Below, in pieces: positions 8,341 through 18,169 of a DNA stretch of 64,000 nt (positions within the stretch are counted from its first letter, which is position 1; each line of letters starts with the position of its first letter). The translations under genes and the position numbers were made by a program. The notes below the pieces were generated by a model, which saw only the letters and a program-made list of their open reading frames with translations, had not been told where the DNA came from and did not search any database. The stretch comes from Candidatus Latescibacterota bacterium (GTDB lineage: Bacteria > Latescibacterota > UBA2968), in the NCBI GenBank assembly GCA_965204745.1, contig OZ242010.1, positions 4,224,001-4,288,000 on the forward strand. The letters are read 5' to 3'.

Positions 8341-10530
8341 TTACACCATTTGCCCTTCTCGAATTTCCTGACCATAGACGCGCAGGGTTTGGCCGTTGAT
8401 GAGGGCGAGGGTTTCCACCCAGCCGTCGGTTAGGGTCATGGCGCCGGCTTCGGCGTCTGTTTCGCCTTCGGATGCGCGTAGCCAGCCCTCGCCTGCTTCG
8501 GATTGGATGAAGTAGATGTCTCGACCGTCTCGCAGGGCGATTCGCCCGGCGATGCCAAGGCGGTCGTTGTCGCCTGCGATGGGGATGTGTTCGATGTGGA
8601 TGATGGGCGATTCCTCGCCCGGTTTGACGGGGTACAAGATGTAGGTCATGGCGATGGGGCCGTGGCCCGTGGTTTTGAAAATCGCGGTTGGAATGGGTTC
8701 GCACTGATAGGGGCCGCCGCGGGGGATCCAGCCCTGGACGGTCGGTTCTTCTTGACCGCTGACGATGCGTGTGGTGATGGGCGCGGTCGCAAGGGCGCGA
8801 ATGTCCAGATCGCTCTGGTCAGGCCCGTTTTTTGTGATGACCTGCCGCCCATCTATTAAAACGTCTGCATCGTCCGCGTCGAGGTGGAACAGGGCTTCGT
8901 ACTCGTGGGCCGCGTCGTCCGAGGGTTTGAGGATGTCCGTGACGATCCAGAACTCGGGTTTGACGAACAGGATTGACCGCGTGTGCGAAACGGTCTCGTC
9001 CCGGTTTGGGCCGTATCCCAAGTCGTAGGTCGCGGACGCATAATCGCATTTATCATTTGATAGCCACGTATGCGGCAGGGGCTTGGACACCACGTAGTCC
9101 TCGCGGGATTTTCCGCGTTGGTTTTGCTCCATGCCATCCACCATCACCGTATTGTGGGCGCGGGTTGACAGCACGTACGCACGCCATTGGGACGAGTCGT
9201 AGGGATAATTCCCCGGATCGACCACATGCACGCGCCCATGTGCGTAGAGGACGATGTTCAACTTGTCCTCGTGCTGATGCCCATAGCCAAAGGGGCCGCC
9301 GTCGAAAAACAGATAGCGATCATCGGGGTGCCATCCCGAGCGCATGACAAAATGCCCGGCAAAGGGAAACGCGCAGGACAGGGTTTGCGGCTCTGTGCCC
9401 TCGGCGCGTGCAGACGCGACCCATTGGAAGTCCACGCGGTTGGGGAAAAACTTGAACCCGCCGCGCATGTAGGGCGCGATGTCGGTTTGGCCCCCGTCAT
9501 TGAGCGCGGGCAAGCGCAAGTCGGGCATGGCCAAATACAGGTCGTAGTGGTACATCCGCTCCAATTTGGCGACGTAATCCGCGGGCACGGGCAAGTCGTT
9601 CAAGTGCGCGATGGCATAGGCCATCACAAAATTTCGCAGGCTCACTTGATGGTAGCCGCTCGACAACTCGATCTGCGCGCCATCCGGATAGACCTGCGCG
9701 TCCAACTCCCCATAGAGCGAGTGCATCGCGAGTTCGCGCCATTGCGCGGCTTCTTTGAACTCGGGAAACAGCGCGCCGACATGGTATTGCCCATTGGCCT
9801 GCATGGTCTGCCAGTTGCCACCGCGCGGCCATTTCGTGAGGTGGCGCGCATGCTCGACCATGCTCTTTATCATCAAACACACGTCGTCATCCACAAAGGT
9901 TTTGGAGGACAGGAAGTAGTAAAACGCCGCGGGCCAGGTTTGCCCCATCCGAATCCCACATTCAATCGTGCGCCAGCAGTTGGTGCGGGCCGTGCCCATC
10001 TCGGCGTCGTCTTTCCAAGAATTGCCATCCTCATCGATGGGTACGAGCACATGGTCGATCCAGTGCCGCATTTGCCGCACAAACGCCTCGGCGTATTTTT
10101 CGTCGCCGGTTTTCCAATACGCCTGCCCCAGCGTGACCCAAAACGGATGGCGCGACAACTGCCATGTCCATTCCCGGTAATTGATCGGGTCCAGTTCCCA
10201 GTTGATCGCGTCGCCAAACGCTCGTGCCACGTCGCAACTCGTCAGCGTATTTGCCACGATGCGGTCCGCCTTTGCGAGATCGACATCCCGGATCGCGCGA
10301 TCTCCCACGCGCACGAGCTCGACCTCTGCATCCCGGTCTTGTGGCTCGGATCGATTTTGCCAGTCGGAAAACCACTTTGGATTTTTGCGCGTGCGGACGT
10401 GTTGGGCAAACGCGCGCCGCGCCCCGGCCCAATCCCGTTCCTCCACCGCCGCTTTGATCCCCGCCATATCCGTGCGCGACAAATCAAGCGCGTCAAAAAA
10501 CCCCGCATCGCTCAACCGCGGTCCCATCAT
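8341..10530 (-). CDS. heparinase II/III-family polysaccharide lyase
   Basis: WQLSRH, NWQTMQANG, QVYPDGAQIELSSGYH, GHQHEDKL, DPGNYPY, STRAHNTV. Confidence 0.88.
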   Translation of the reverse strand: MMGPRLSDAGFFDALDLSRTDMAGIKAAVEERDWAGARRAFAQHVRTRKNPKWFSDWQNRSEPQDRDAEVELVRVGDRAIRDVDLAKADRIVANTLTSCDVARAFGDAINWELDPINYREWTWQLSRHPFWVTLGQAYWKTGDEKYAEAFVRQMRHWIDHVLVPIDEDGNSWKDDAEMGTARTNCWRTIECGIRMGQTWPAAFYYFLSSKTFVDDDVCLMIKSMVEHARHLTKWPRGGNWQTMQANGQYHVGALFPEFKEAAQWRELAMHSLYGELDAQVYPDGAQIELSSGYHQVSLRNFVMAYAIAHLNDLPVPADYVAKLERMYHYDLYLAMPDLRLPALNDGGQTDIAPYMRGGFKFFPNRVDFQWVASARAEGTEPQTLSCAFPFAGHFVMRSGWHPDDRYLFFDGGPFGYGHQHEDKLNIVLYAHGRVHVVDPGNYPYDSSQWRAYVLSTRAHNTVMVDGMEQNQRGKSREDYVVSKPLPHTWLSNDKCDYASATYDLGYGPNRDETVSHTRSILFVKPEFWIVTDILKPSDDAAHEYEALFHLDADDADVLIDGRQVITKNGPDQSDLDIRALATAPITTRIVSGQEEPTVQGWIPRGGPYQCEPIPTAIFKTTGHGPIAMTYILYPVKPGEESPIIHIEHIPIAGDNDRLGIAGRIALRDGRDIYFIQSEAGEGWLRASEGETDAEAGAMTLTDGWVETLALINGQTLRVYGQEIREGQMV

Positions 10531-10555
10531 GTCTTTCTCCTTTCCAACTCCTGTT

Positions 10556-11347
10556 TCAGCGGTAAAAACAGAGCTTGGGAACGGCGTCTATCAAACCGAG
10601 TTCCGCGCCGTACGCGTAAAACCGTCGCAACCCCGCCAACTCGGCATCGCCCAAATCGTAGAGAATATTTCGGGTGAGATAATTCGCGTAAAACTCGGGC
10701 GGCATCGTGCGAGTCTGCGCGGCGTAGTCCTCGGCGATTCGGGAAATCATGCACCGGCCCTTTTCCTTGGCGTCGACGAGTTTGGCAACATCGTCTGGCG
10801 TCAACGCGCCAGCTCGCCCGGTCCAACAGGCATAGACAAATGGCAGGCCGGTCATCTGCGTCCAAATTTCGCCCAGGTCCAAGACGCGATAGTGGCGCAA
10901 TTCCAGCGCGGGATCGCCGATCACCAAGGCCGCATCGGCGCGGTTGAGCATCGCGTCGATCTTCGGCGGGCAAAAAAACACCTCGGGCCGAGAACCAAAT
11001 TGCCGCGCCAATGCGATTCGCGCCAGGGCCACAGAGGTGCGCGAGCCCCTGTCTAGTGCCAGCGTTTTAATGGCTTCGGGTTCTGTATTTAGGACGATGA
11101 ACACGCTGCCGACCGCGCCGTTTGACACGATGCCGACCTGTGGCACAATCCGATAGGCTTCGCTGCCGCGGCCAATTTCGATAGCGGGAATGAGGGCCAC
11201 GTCGGTTTCGCCTTTGTGCAATCGGTCGGCGCATCTCGACGGCACATCGTAGTGCAATTCAAAATCGTGCTCTATCGCGACCGTGCGAAACGCCTCGACC
11301 AAGGGCCGCGTATTTAGATATGACACCACGCCCAAACGCACAGCCAT
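10556..11347 (-). CDS. mqnA: chorismate dehydratase (futalosine pathway)
   Basis: VSYLNTRPL, GAVGSV, SRTSVAL, LVIGDPAL, DLGEIW...GLPFVYACW; clustered with mqnC/mqnE. Confidence 0.92.
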   Translation of the reverse strand: MAVRLGVVSYLNTRPLVEAFRTVAIEHDFELHYDVPSRCADRLHKGETDVALIPAIEIGRGSEAYRIVPQVGIVSNGAVGSVFIVLNTEPEAIKTLALDRGSRTSVALARIALARQFGSRPEVFFCPPKIDAMLNRADAALVIGDPALELRHYRVLDLGEIWTQMTGLPFVYACWTGRAGALTPDDVAKLVDAKEKGRCMISRIAEDYAAQTRTMPPEFYANYLTRNILYDLGDAELAGLRRFYAYGAELGLIDAVPKLCFYR

Positions 11348-11357
11348 TGCGACTCCT

Positions 11358-12458
11358 TTAATTGACGATCTCGTACCGCGTATTTCGCCTGATGGGCGCG
11401 TATCCCGCGTCTTTGATGAGGCGTTGCATCTCCTGAAGCGTCATCGCATCCGTATGGCTCGTGCCGGCCGCGCTGACCACATTTTCTTCCATCATCGTGC
11501 TGCCAAAGTCGTTCACCCCGTATTTGAGGCTGACCTGCGCGATCTTGGCGCCCTGCGTTACCCATGACGCTTGAAAACTTTTGACATTGTCCAAGAACAG
11601 GCGCGCGATAGCGATGGTTCGCAAGTAGTCAAACCCACTTGACTTCGCGCCATTCCACCGCGCATCGTCCGCGCCGAGTGCCGTATCATCCGGCTGGAAA
11701 TTCCACGCGATAAATGCGGTGAACCCGCCGGTCTCGTCCTGCAACTCGCGGATGCGCGCCAAGTGTTCAATGCGCTGTTCGATAGTCTCCACGTGTCCGT
11801 ACATCATGGTCGCAGAGGTGTGCATGCCCAAGTCGTGGGCGATGCGATGCACGGCGATCCATTCGTGGACGCGGTCTTTGCGAAAGCCGATGATGTCGCG
11901 CACCTCGTCCGACAGGATTTCCGCGCCCGCGCCCGGGATGGAATCCAACCCGGCGTCGCGCAACCGGCGAATGCAGTCTTCGAGGGACAAGCGCGAGATG
12001 TGCGCGATGTAGATGATCTCGGTGGCGGACAGGCAATGCTGGTGAATTTGCGGATAGCGGTTGCGAATGTCGAAAAAGAGGTCTTCGTAATAATCCACGC
12101 GCAACTTGGGATTCAAGCCGCCTTGCATCAAAATTTCACTGCCCTTGGGCACGTCGCCGCCCACGGCGATGAGTTCGTCAATTTTTTCGAAAATCTGTTC
12201 TTTGGGCAACACATAGCCCTCGTCAGAACCCGGTGGGCGGTAAAACGCACAAAAATCGCATTTCACCCAACACACATTGGTGTAGTTGATGTTGCGCCCG
12301 ATATTGTACGTCACGCGGTCCGCGGGCCATTTGCGCCGGCGCACCACGTCGGCCAACATGCCCAATTCCGACACGTTGGGATGGGCAAACAAGCGCAGGG
12401 CATCGGCTTTGGAAACGCGCTCGGCGCGATAAATTTTTTCCGCAATATCATCGATCAT
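11358..12458 (-). CDS. mqnC: cyclic dehypoxanthine futalosine synthase (radical SAM)
   Basis: RNINYTNVCWVKCDFCAFYR, LMQGGLNP, SIPGAGAEIL, QASWVTQG, DFGSTMMEENVVSAAG. Confidence 0.93.
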   Translation of the reverse strand: MIDDIAEKIYRAERVSKADALRLFAHPNVSELGMLADVVRRRKWPADRVTYNIGRNINYTNVCWVKCDFCAFYRPPGSDEGYVLPKEQIFEKIDELIAVGGDVPKGSEILMQGGLNPKLRVDYYEDLFFDIRNRYPQIHQHCLSATEIIYIAHISRLSLEDCIRRLRDAGLDSIPGAGAEILSDEVRDIIGFRKDRVHEWIAVHRIAHDLGMHTSATMMYGHVETIEQRIEHLARIRELQDETGGFTAFIAWNFQPDDTALGADDARWNGAKSSGFDYLRTIAIARLFLDNVKSFQASWVTQGAKIAQVSLKYGVNDFGSTMMEENVVSAAGTSHTDAMTLQEMQRLIKDAGYAPIRRNTRYEIVN

Positions 12459-13039
12459 CTCGCGTCTCCTTCGGGATACCAAAGTTCGGAGAGTGGGATT
12501 TTCAATCCCGGAAACGAGGTCGGCGCGAACACGCCTGCCCCGGACACAGTCGCCTGAAGCATGGGCACAGTGAGGTCAAACGCCTCTAATACTTTTTGAT
12601 CCGCATCGACAATCCAGTATTCCCGCACGCCAAATTCGGCATAGATTCGCTTTTTTTCGATCCGATCTCTGTGCATGCTTGAAACCGATAGGACTTCGAT
12701 CATCAAATCGGGCGCGCCCGAGATATTGGTTTCCGCGATCAGGTCCAAGCGGTCTTTTGCAATGAATAGGATATCGGGTTGGACGACGGTTTCTGCCCGC
12801 GTGCCCCTGCCCAAGATAACATCTATGGGCGAACTGAAAACCCGCCCGAGGTCATTTTGTTTGACAAAGAGGCGCAACAAACCCGTCAGTTCATCGCAAG
12901 CCCATTGATGCCTCGGTATCGGTGCAGGTGCCACGCTCAATTCCCCCCTTAAAATTTCAAAGTTAGAACTGTCTGGCGGGGTAAGCGCGAGATAATCTTC
13001 GTACGTCCACCGCACTTTTTTTTGAATAGCAACAGCCAT
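12455..13039 (-). CDS. Uma2-family (DUF820) PD-(D/E)xK endonuclease-like protein
   Basis: WTYEDYL, PAPIPRHQ, VQPDILF, GAPDLMIEVLS, YAEFGVREYWIVD; GAGG before ATG 13039. Confidence 0.9.
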   Translation of the reverse strand: MAVAIQKKVRWTYEDYLALTPPDSSNFEILRGELSVAPAPIPRHQWACDELTGLLRLFVKQNDLGRVFSSPIDVILGRGTRAETVVQPDILFIAKDRLDLIAETNISGAPDLMIEVLSVSSMHRDRIEKKRIYAEFGVREYWIVDADQKVLEAFDLTVPMLQATVSGAGVFAPTSFPGLKIPLSELWYPEGDAR

Positions 13040-13055
13040 CGCGCACCTCGATGAA

Positions 13056-13093
13056 TGACCCCTCCCCCGACGCTTCAGCGCGGGGTTCTTCAC
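13056..13093 (+). mobile_element. IS200/IS605-type end hairpin remnant (PATE-like)
   Basis: CCCCGACGCT-TC-AGCGCGGGG hairpin followed by TTCTTCAC, resembling IS200/605 right ends. Confidence 0.45.
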
Positions 13094-13107
13094 ATGGCGA
13101 CCAGTTG

Positions 13108-14256
13108 TCAGGCGATCACGGGGATCGCATCGGCGATTCCAAGGGGCGTTTCCGATTCGATCTCTCGATCTGTGGACAAAACGCGGTAGAGATTGTCGCG
13201 CTCGACCGGGTCGCGTCCGGCCTCGACAATGCGCTCGACGAGTTGTTTGCGCGTGAGCACTTGCCGGGTCTCGTGGTAGGAACGGCGCGTAATCTCGTAT
13301 TCTTGGATGGTGCCGTCGATATCGTCGGCGCCATACCACAACGCCACCTGCGAAATTTCGATGGTGTTCATAATCCAAAAGGTCTTGATGTGCGGGAAAT
13401 TGTCGAGCATCAAGCGGCCCACGGCGATCTCGCGCAAATCCGCAATGCCCGTGGGGCCGGGCAAATGCGCCAACTCGGTGCGCTCGGGGTGAAAGGACAG
13501 GGGGATATACGTCAAAAAGCCGCCGGTCTCGTCTTGTAAGTCGCGCAATCGCACGAGGTGATCGATGCGCTCTTGCGGGTTTTCGATATGCCCATACAGC
13601 ATGGTCGCATTGGTGTGCAAGCCAACTTCGTGCGCCGTGCGCGCCACGCTGAGCCATTGTTCGGAATCCGCCTTGGTCCAAAACAAGTCTTCTTGCACGC
13701 GGTCGCTAAACACTTCCGCGCCCCCGCCGGGAATGGACGACACGCCGGCCGCTTTGAGTTCGGTCATCACGTCTTTCAAGGGCTTTTTTGCAATGCGCGC
13801 AATTTGCACCCATTCGATAGCCGTGAACGCTTTGACCGCCACATCGGGCCGCACGTCTTTGACCGCGCGCACGATGTCGAGGTAATACGAATAGGGGAGT
13901 TTGGGATTGACGCCCGCGACCATGTGGATTTCGGAAATGGGCAGGTGGATGTATTGCAACACGCGCTTTTGGACGTCTTCGGGCGACAACACGTAGCCCC
14001 GTTCGTCTTTGGGCTTCACGTAAAAAGAGCAAAACCGACACAACTTGTTGCACACATTGGTGTAGTTGATGTGCTGATTGCGGACGTACCACGCCACCTT
14101 GCCGCACATGCGTTCGCGCACGATATTCGCCAAATACCCCACGGCATTGAGATCCGGCGTTTCGTACAGGCGCGTGCCATCTTCGGCGGAGAGCCGCTGG
14201 CCCAAGGCCACTTTTTCTTCGATATCTCGAAGTTCGTCTGGAATGTTCCGTTTCAC
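13108..14256 (-). CDS. mqnE: aminofutalosine synthase (radical SAM)
   Basis: HINYTNVCNKLCRFCSF, EIHMVAG, KAFTAIE, PGGGAEVF, NATMLYGHIE, HIKTFWIM, GADDIDGTI. Confidence 0.92.
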   Translation of the reverse strand: MKRNIPDELRDIEEKVALGQRLSAEDGTRLYETPDLNAVGYLANIVRERMCGKVAWYVRNQHINYTNVCNKLCRFCSFYVKPKDERGYVLSPEDVQKRVLQYIHLPISEIHMVAGVNPKLPYSYYLDIVRAVKDVRPDVAVKAFTAIEWVQIARIAKKPLKDVMTELKAAGVSSIPGGGAEVFSDRVQEDLFWTKADSEQWLSVARTAHEVGLHTNATMLYGHIENPQERIDHLVRLRDLQDETGGFLTYIPLSFHPERTELAHLPGPTGIADLREIAVGRLMLDNFPHIKTFWIMNTIEISQVALWYGADDIDGTIQEYEITRRSYHETRQVLTRKQLVERIVEAGRDPVERDNLYRVLSTDREIESETPLGIADAIPVIA

Positions 14257-14274
14257 ACCGCGCTCCTTTGGCGA

Positions 14275-14649
14275 TCAAATCTCTTGTGAGCTGAGGTTAT
14301 GGGCCTCAAATTTTTCGGGATCAAAATAACTGTCAAAGTTCAAATAATGAGACATTTTGTAAATATTGCCTTTTTTGTCTTCAACGCTGGCAAGGACCTC
14401 AAATTTACCCCACACCCAAACTGTCAACTTGCAATTTGGATTTGACAGGCTTCGTTGCACACTTTTGTGCTGAACTTGAAAGGGATGCAGAGTGTATGTG
14501 ACACGTTTGACAAACGGCACATCTGGGCCAGTCAAAAAAATAAAAATTTTGTAGTAACGTCTTTCATTTTTTGACCGGTAATAGACAACGCGTTCTCGAC
14601 CCTTGGGATCAAATGGCGTATCCGCAATCCAAACATTAAGATCTCTCAT
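14275..14649 (-). CDS. prokaryotic YEATS (pYEATS) domain protein
   Basis: YYKIFIFLTG...VKRVTYTLHP...LTVWVWGKFEV pattern; AT-richer than flanks. Confidence 0.75.
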   Translation of the reverse strand: MRDLNVWIADTPFDPKGRERVVYYRSKNERRYYKIFIFLTGPDVPFVKRVTYTLHPFQVQHKSVQRSLSNPNCKLTVWVWGKFEVLASVEDKKGNIYKMSHYLNFDSYFDPEKFEAHNLSSQEI

Positions 14650-14667
14650 GGTATGTCCTTTCGCAGA

Positions 14668-15210
14668 TTAGGTTCTGTTGCCCGATTCGTTTTCATCATC
14701 CCGTCCCGGACTTTCAGGAACATCACTATCCGGTGGCCGAACATCGCCAGTATCATCCTCTTTCTGTTCTGCCTCGCGTCCTACTGAAGTGGTGATGGAT
14801 TCCGCTTTTTTCCCAGCGGCAGATTCGCCAAAATAGTAACCGATAACAGAACCGATAAGCCCACCCAAAGAAGCAACGACAGCATGCAAACCATCCTTAA
14901 ATACCTCGATATCAAAGTCATTGCGCCAAGTAATAAACAATACAGACAAGAGCGCGACTACAAAAACCAAGGTTAAAGTACTCGCCAATAAATGCCTGAA
15001 ATCATTGATAATTTCTATCATGAACTGTGCTACCATATACCGAATAGAAGGTCTGTCATCGCTGTCGGTCGTTGCCTCACTTTTCCGAAAACGCCCCCAC
15101 TTAAAAAGCCATGCGGTCCATTGAATCAACAAGGTCAAAAAAAATAAAATGCCCACAAGCACTGCAAATCCGTGTGTATTTTCACTCAAAAAATCAAGAA
15201 TAGAAGTCAT
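14668..15210 (-). CDS. hypothetical membrane protein (about 3 TM, acidic tail)
   Basis: hydrophobic segments, LGGLIGSVIGYYFG motif; ATG overlaps the recN stop (ATGA). Confidence 0.75.
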   Translation of the reverse strand: MTSILDFLSENTHGFAVLVGILFFLTLLIQWTAWLFKWGRFRKSEATTDSDDRPSIRYMVAQFMIEIINDFRHLLASTLTLVFVVALLSVLFITWRNDFDIEVFKDGLHAVVASLGGLIGSVIGYYFGESAAGKKAESITTSVGREAEQKEDDTGDVRPPDSDVPESPGRDDENESGNRT

Positions 15211-16916
15211 GAAAGTTCCCTTTCTCGCAACATCTCCCGCGCGTGTTGCAGGGTCAGGTCGGAAATTTCCTCGCCGCCCATCATCAAGGCGAGTTCGCCT
15301 GCGCGTGCGTCTTCATCGAGTGGGACGACCCGCGTGACCGTGCGCTGCTCGACCACTTCTTTTTGCACCGAAAAATGCAGGTCCGCCATTTTTGCGATTT
15401 GCGGCAAGTGCGTAATGGAAATGGTTTGATAGGCCGATGACAGATCGCGCAATTTCTTGCCGACCACCTCGGCGATGCGCCCGGAAATGCCGATGTCAAT
15501 TTCGTCAAAGATCAGCACCTGCACGGAATCGGTATGCGCCAGCACGGTTTTCATCGCCAGCATAATGCGCGAAATCTCCCCGCCGGACGCCACTTTCGCC
15601 AAGGGCCGAACCGCTTCCCCCGGGTTGGTGGAGATGAAAAACTCGCCGCGCTCTATCCCGCGTGGGCCGGCTTCAAACCGCTGCCCGTCGCATTCGATCA
15701 ACCCCTGTGGGTCAACGCGCCGCTCGAGTTGCACGTCAAATTGCACATCTGTCATGCCCAGTTCGCGCAGGGCACACACGATGGCTTTGGACAATTTGCC
15801 CGCTGCTTTGTGACGCCCGCTCGAGAGTTTTTCGCAACAGGCCGCAAACGCCTGCATGGCATCGTCAATTTTGACCTGAATCTCCTGCAAAGAGGCTTCG
15901 AGTTCGTCCGACAATGCCAATTCCTCTTCCGCCTTCTCGCGATAAGATATCACCCGAGAGAGATCGCCGCCGTACTTTTTCTTCAGCGCGTTCAGGGTTT
16001 CCAACCGATCCGCGACTTCCATCAGCCGCTCGGGATTGTGCTCCACGCGGTTGGCGTAATCGCCAAAGGAACGGGCCAATTCCTCCGCGCCATAGCGCAG
16101 GCCATTGAGTTCTTCGGCGATAGATCCCAAACTCGGGTCCATTTGCGCGGCCTCGTCCAAGAGGTGCGCGCCTTCGCCGAGTTGGTCCGCCACGGATTGG
16201 TCGCCTTCGTAGAGCACATGCTCGATCTGAACCGCGATCTCGATCAGGCGTTCTGCGTGCGAGAGGATGGATCGTTCTCGTTCCAAGCGCGCGTCTTCCT
16301 CTGTTTCTGGATTTGCCGCCTGGATTTCTGCGATCTGAAATTCCAACAACGCACGGCGTTCGCGCTGGCGTTGGGCAACCGCGGTTTTTTCGATCAGCCG
16401 ATTTTGCAATGCCACCACCTGTTCGTACATTTTTTCGACCTGTGCGCGTGCGAATTGCAAGTTGCCAAACCCGTCCAAAAAGTCCAGATGCCGATCCGTG
16501 TTGAGCAGGGATTGATGGTCGTGTTGCCCGTGCAAATCGACCAAGGCGCGGCCCAAGTCCCGAAGCACGCGCACCGGAATCGCCAAGCCATTGGCATAGC
16601 ACCGGCTACGGCCTTCTGCCAACACGTCGCGGCGCACGATCAACTCGCCCTCGTCTGCGTCAATGCCTATCGCGTCTAACAGGCCGAGCAACGGATGGTC
16701 GGCATACAGTTCAAAAATGGCTTCGACCGTGCATTTTTGTTCGCCCGTGCGGATCACATCCGGACTCGCCCGCATGCCCAGCACCAGGCCCAATGCGCCC
16801 ACGAGAATGGATTTCCCCGCGCCGGTTTCACCGGTAATGATGTTTAGCCCTTTGCCAAATTCGACTTTTAGGTCGTCGATCAGGGCGTAGTTGATGACGT
16901 GCAATCGACACAACAC
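15207..16916 (-). CDS. recN: DNA repair protein RecN
   Basis: ITGETGAGKS, HGQHDHQ, ASGGEISR, IFDEID, ITHLPQIA. Confidence 0.97.
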   Translation of the reverse strand: MLCRLHVINYALIDDLKVEFGKGLNIITGETGAGKSILVGALGLVLGMRASPDVIRTGEQKCTVEAIFELYADHPLLGLLDAIGIDADEGELIVRRDVLAEGRSRCYANGLAIPVRVLRDLGRALVDLHGQHDHQSLLNTDRHLDFLDGFGNLQFARAQVEKMYEQVVALQNRLIEKTAVAQRQRERRALLEFQIAEIQAANPETEEDARLERERSILSHAERLIEIAVQIEHVLYEGDQSVADQLGEGAHLLDEAAQMDPSLGSIAEELNGLRYGAEELARSFGDYANRVEHNPERLMEVADRLETLNALKKKYGGDLSRVISYREKAEEELALSDELEASLQEIQVKIDDAMQAFAACCEKLSSGRHKAAGKLSKAIVCALRELGMTDVQFDVQLERRVDPQGLIECDGQRFEAGPRGIERGEFFISTNPGEAVRPLAKVASGGEISRIMLAMKTVLAHTDSVQVLIFDEIDIGISGRIAEVVGKKLRDLSSAYQTISITHLPQIAKMADLHFSVQKEVVEQRTVTRVVPLDEDARAGELALMMGGEEISDLTLQHAREMLRERELS

Positions 16917-16928
16917 AACGCGCCTCCT

Positions 16929-17789
16929 TCACGCATCTCGACGGTCGAGGCCCCAGTCCAATTTGCGCTGCAACAACTCGTAAAACGTCAACCCCTGCAC
17001 ATTGATAAAGCGCACCGGCTCGGAGGCGCGCTGCACTGTGACGGACTCGCCGACCCCGAGTGAACACACCGTGCGCCCGTCTGTGGATAACATGAATTCA
17101 TCGGAATGCTCGGCTAGCACCTGAATGGTCACGGATTGATCTCCGGGCATCACCATCGGACGCAGGGACAGGGAATGCGGGCATATCGGCGTGGCGACGA
17201 GCACGGACAAATTGGGATGTACAATCGGGCCGCCAGAGGACAGGGAGTAGCCGGTGGATCCGGTGGGCGTTGCCAAAATCAACCCATTGCCGTAAAACGA
17301 ACTCACCGGCGCATCGCCGACGCGCATCACCACTTGCACCAAGCGCGCCGTGACACTGCGTTCAATGACCACTTCGTTGAGGGCAAAGGCTTTGTGCGTG
17401 CGCGTTTGCGCGTGCAGGGCAATCCGCTCTTCTATCGCGTAATCGCCGTTCAACAAGCGGTCGAGGCCATCGTCCAATTCCCGGGGTTCCGCGCCGGACA
17501 AAAAACCCAACCGCCCCAAATTCACCCCCAAAATCGGCGTGCTGTGCGGATGCACTTGGGCGGCGGCGCGCAACAACGTACCATCGCCCCCCATCGCCAC
17601 GATCATATCCGCGCGCTCGGGCAACTGATCGACCGCACAAAACCACCGCGCATCGGATTTGCAGATTGGGCGCAAATTGTCGGCGATCAGCGCGTCGATG
17701 CCCCGCTGGTGGATGCGCGTTGCCAGTTGATCGACCGCAGCACCCATGCCCGGCTGGGTCGGGTTGGAAATCAGACCGATGGACTTCAT
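16929..17789 (-). CDS. nadK: NAD kinase
   Basis: GGDGT, GVNLGRLGFL, ALNE, ATPTGSTGYSLSSGGP. Confidence 0.95.
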   Translation of the reverse strand: MKSIGLISNPTQPGMGAAVDQLATRIHQRGIDALIADNLRPICKSDARWFCAVDQLPERADMIVAMGGDGTLLRAAAQVHPHSTPILGVNLGRLGFLSGAEPRELDDGLDRLLNGDYAIEERIALHAQTRTHKAFALNEVVIERSVTARLVQVVMRVGDAPVSSFYGNGLILATPTGSTGYSLSSGGPIVHPNLSVLVATPICPHSLSLRPMVMPGDQSVTIQVLAEHSDEFMLSTDGRTVCSLGVGESVTVQRASEPVRFINVQGLTFYELLQRKLDWGLDRRDA

Positions 17790-17800
17790 TCGCCTCCAAA

Positions 17801-18040
17801 TTATTCGGTATCCAGCGACACCGGTTCAAATTTTCCATCGCTGTCGCGCAGCAACACATCGACCCGTTGCCGGGCGTCTTCGAGCAAATAGCGGCAATGG
17901 TTGGATGCGGTCAGCCCTTCCTCGAATACTCGCAGGGCTTCGGACAAGGGCAATGTGCCCTCTTCCAACTGCTCGACAGCGGTTTCCAACTGCTTCAACG
18001 CCGCTTCAAATGTGGGGTTTTCCGCTTTCTCTTTCGCCAT
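17801..18040 (-). CDS. xseB: exodeoxyribonuclease VII small subunit
   Basis: FEAALKQLETAVEQLEEGTLPLSEALRVFEEG. Confidence 0.95.
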   Translation of the reverse strand: MAKEKAENPTFEAALKQLETAVEQLEEGTLPLSEALRVFEEGLTASNHCRYLLEDARQRVDVLLRDSDGKFEPVSLDTE

Positions 18041-18127
18041 TGAATTGCCTTTGTGAATTGGGCCGAAGCCGCGTCCCTACACCTCTACACCTCTGCACAT
18101 CCATTGCCTCGGGGTGGAAGGGTGGGG

Positions 18128-18158
18128 ACTGACTACTGACTACTGACTACTGACCACT
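18128..18158 (+). repeat. ACTGAC(T/C) heptamer tandem repeat preceded by a G-rich tract
   Basis: direct reading. Confidence 0.9.
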
Positions 18159-18169
18159 GCATCTCCCCT

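Noticed and set aside
13040-13681. N-terminal extension of the Uma2 ORF (408 aa)
   Set aside because: Overlaps mqnE in another frame; an RBS supports the start at 13039.
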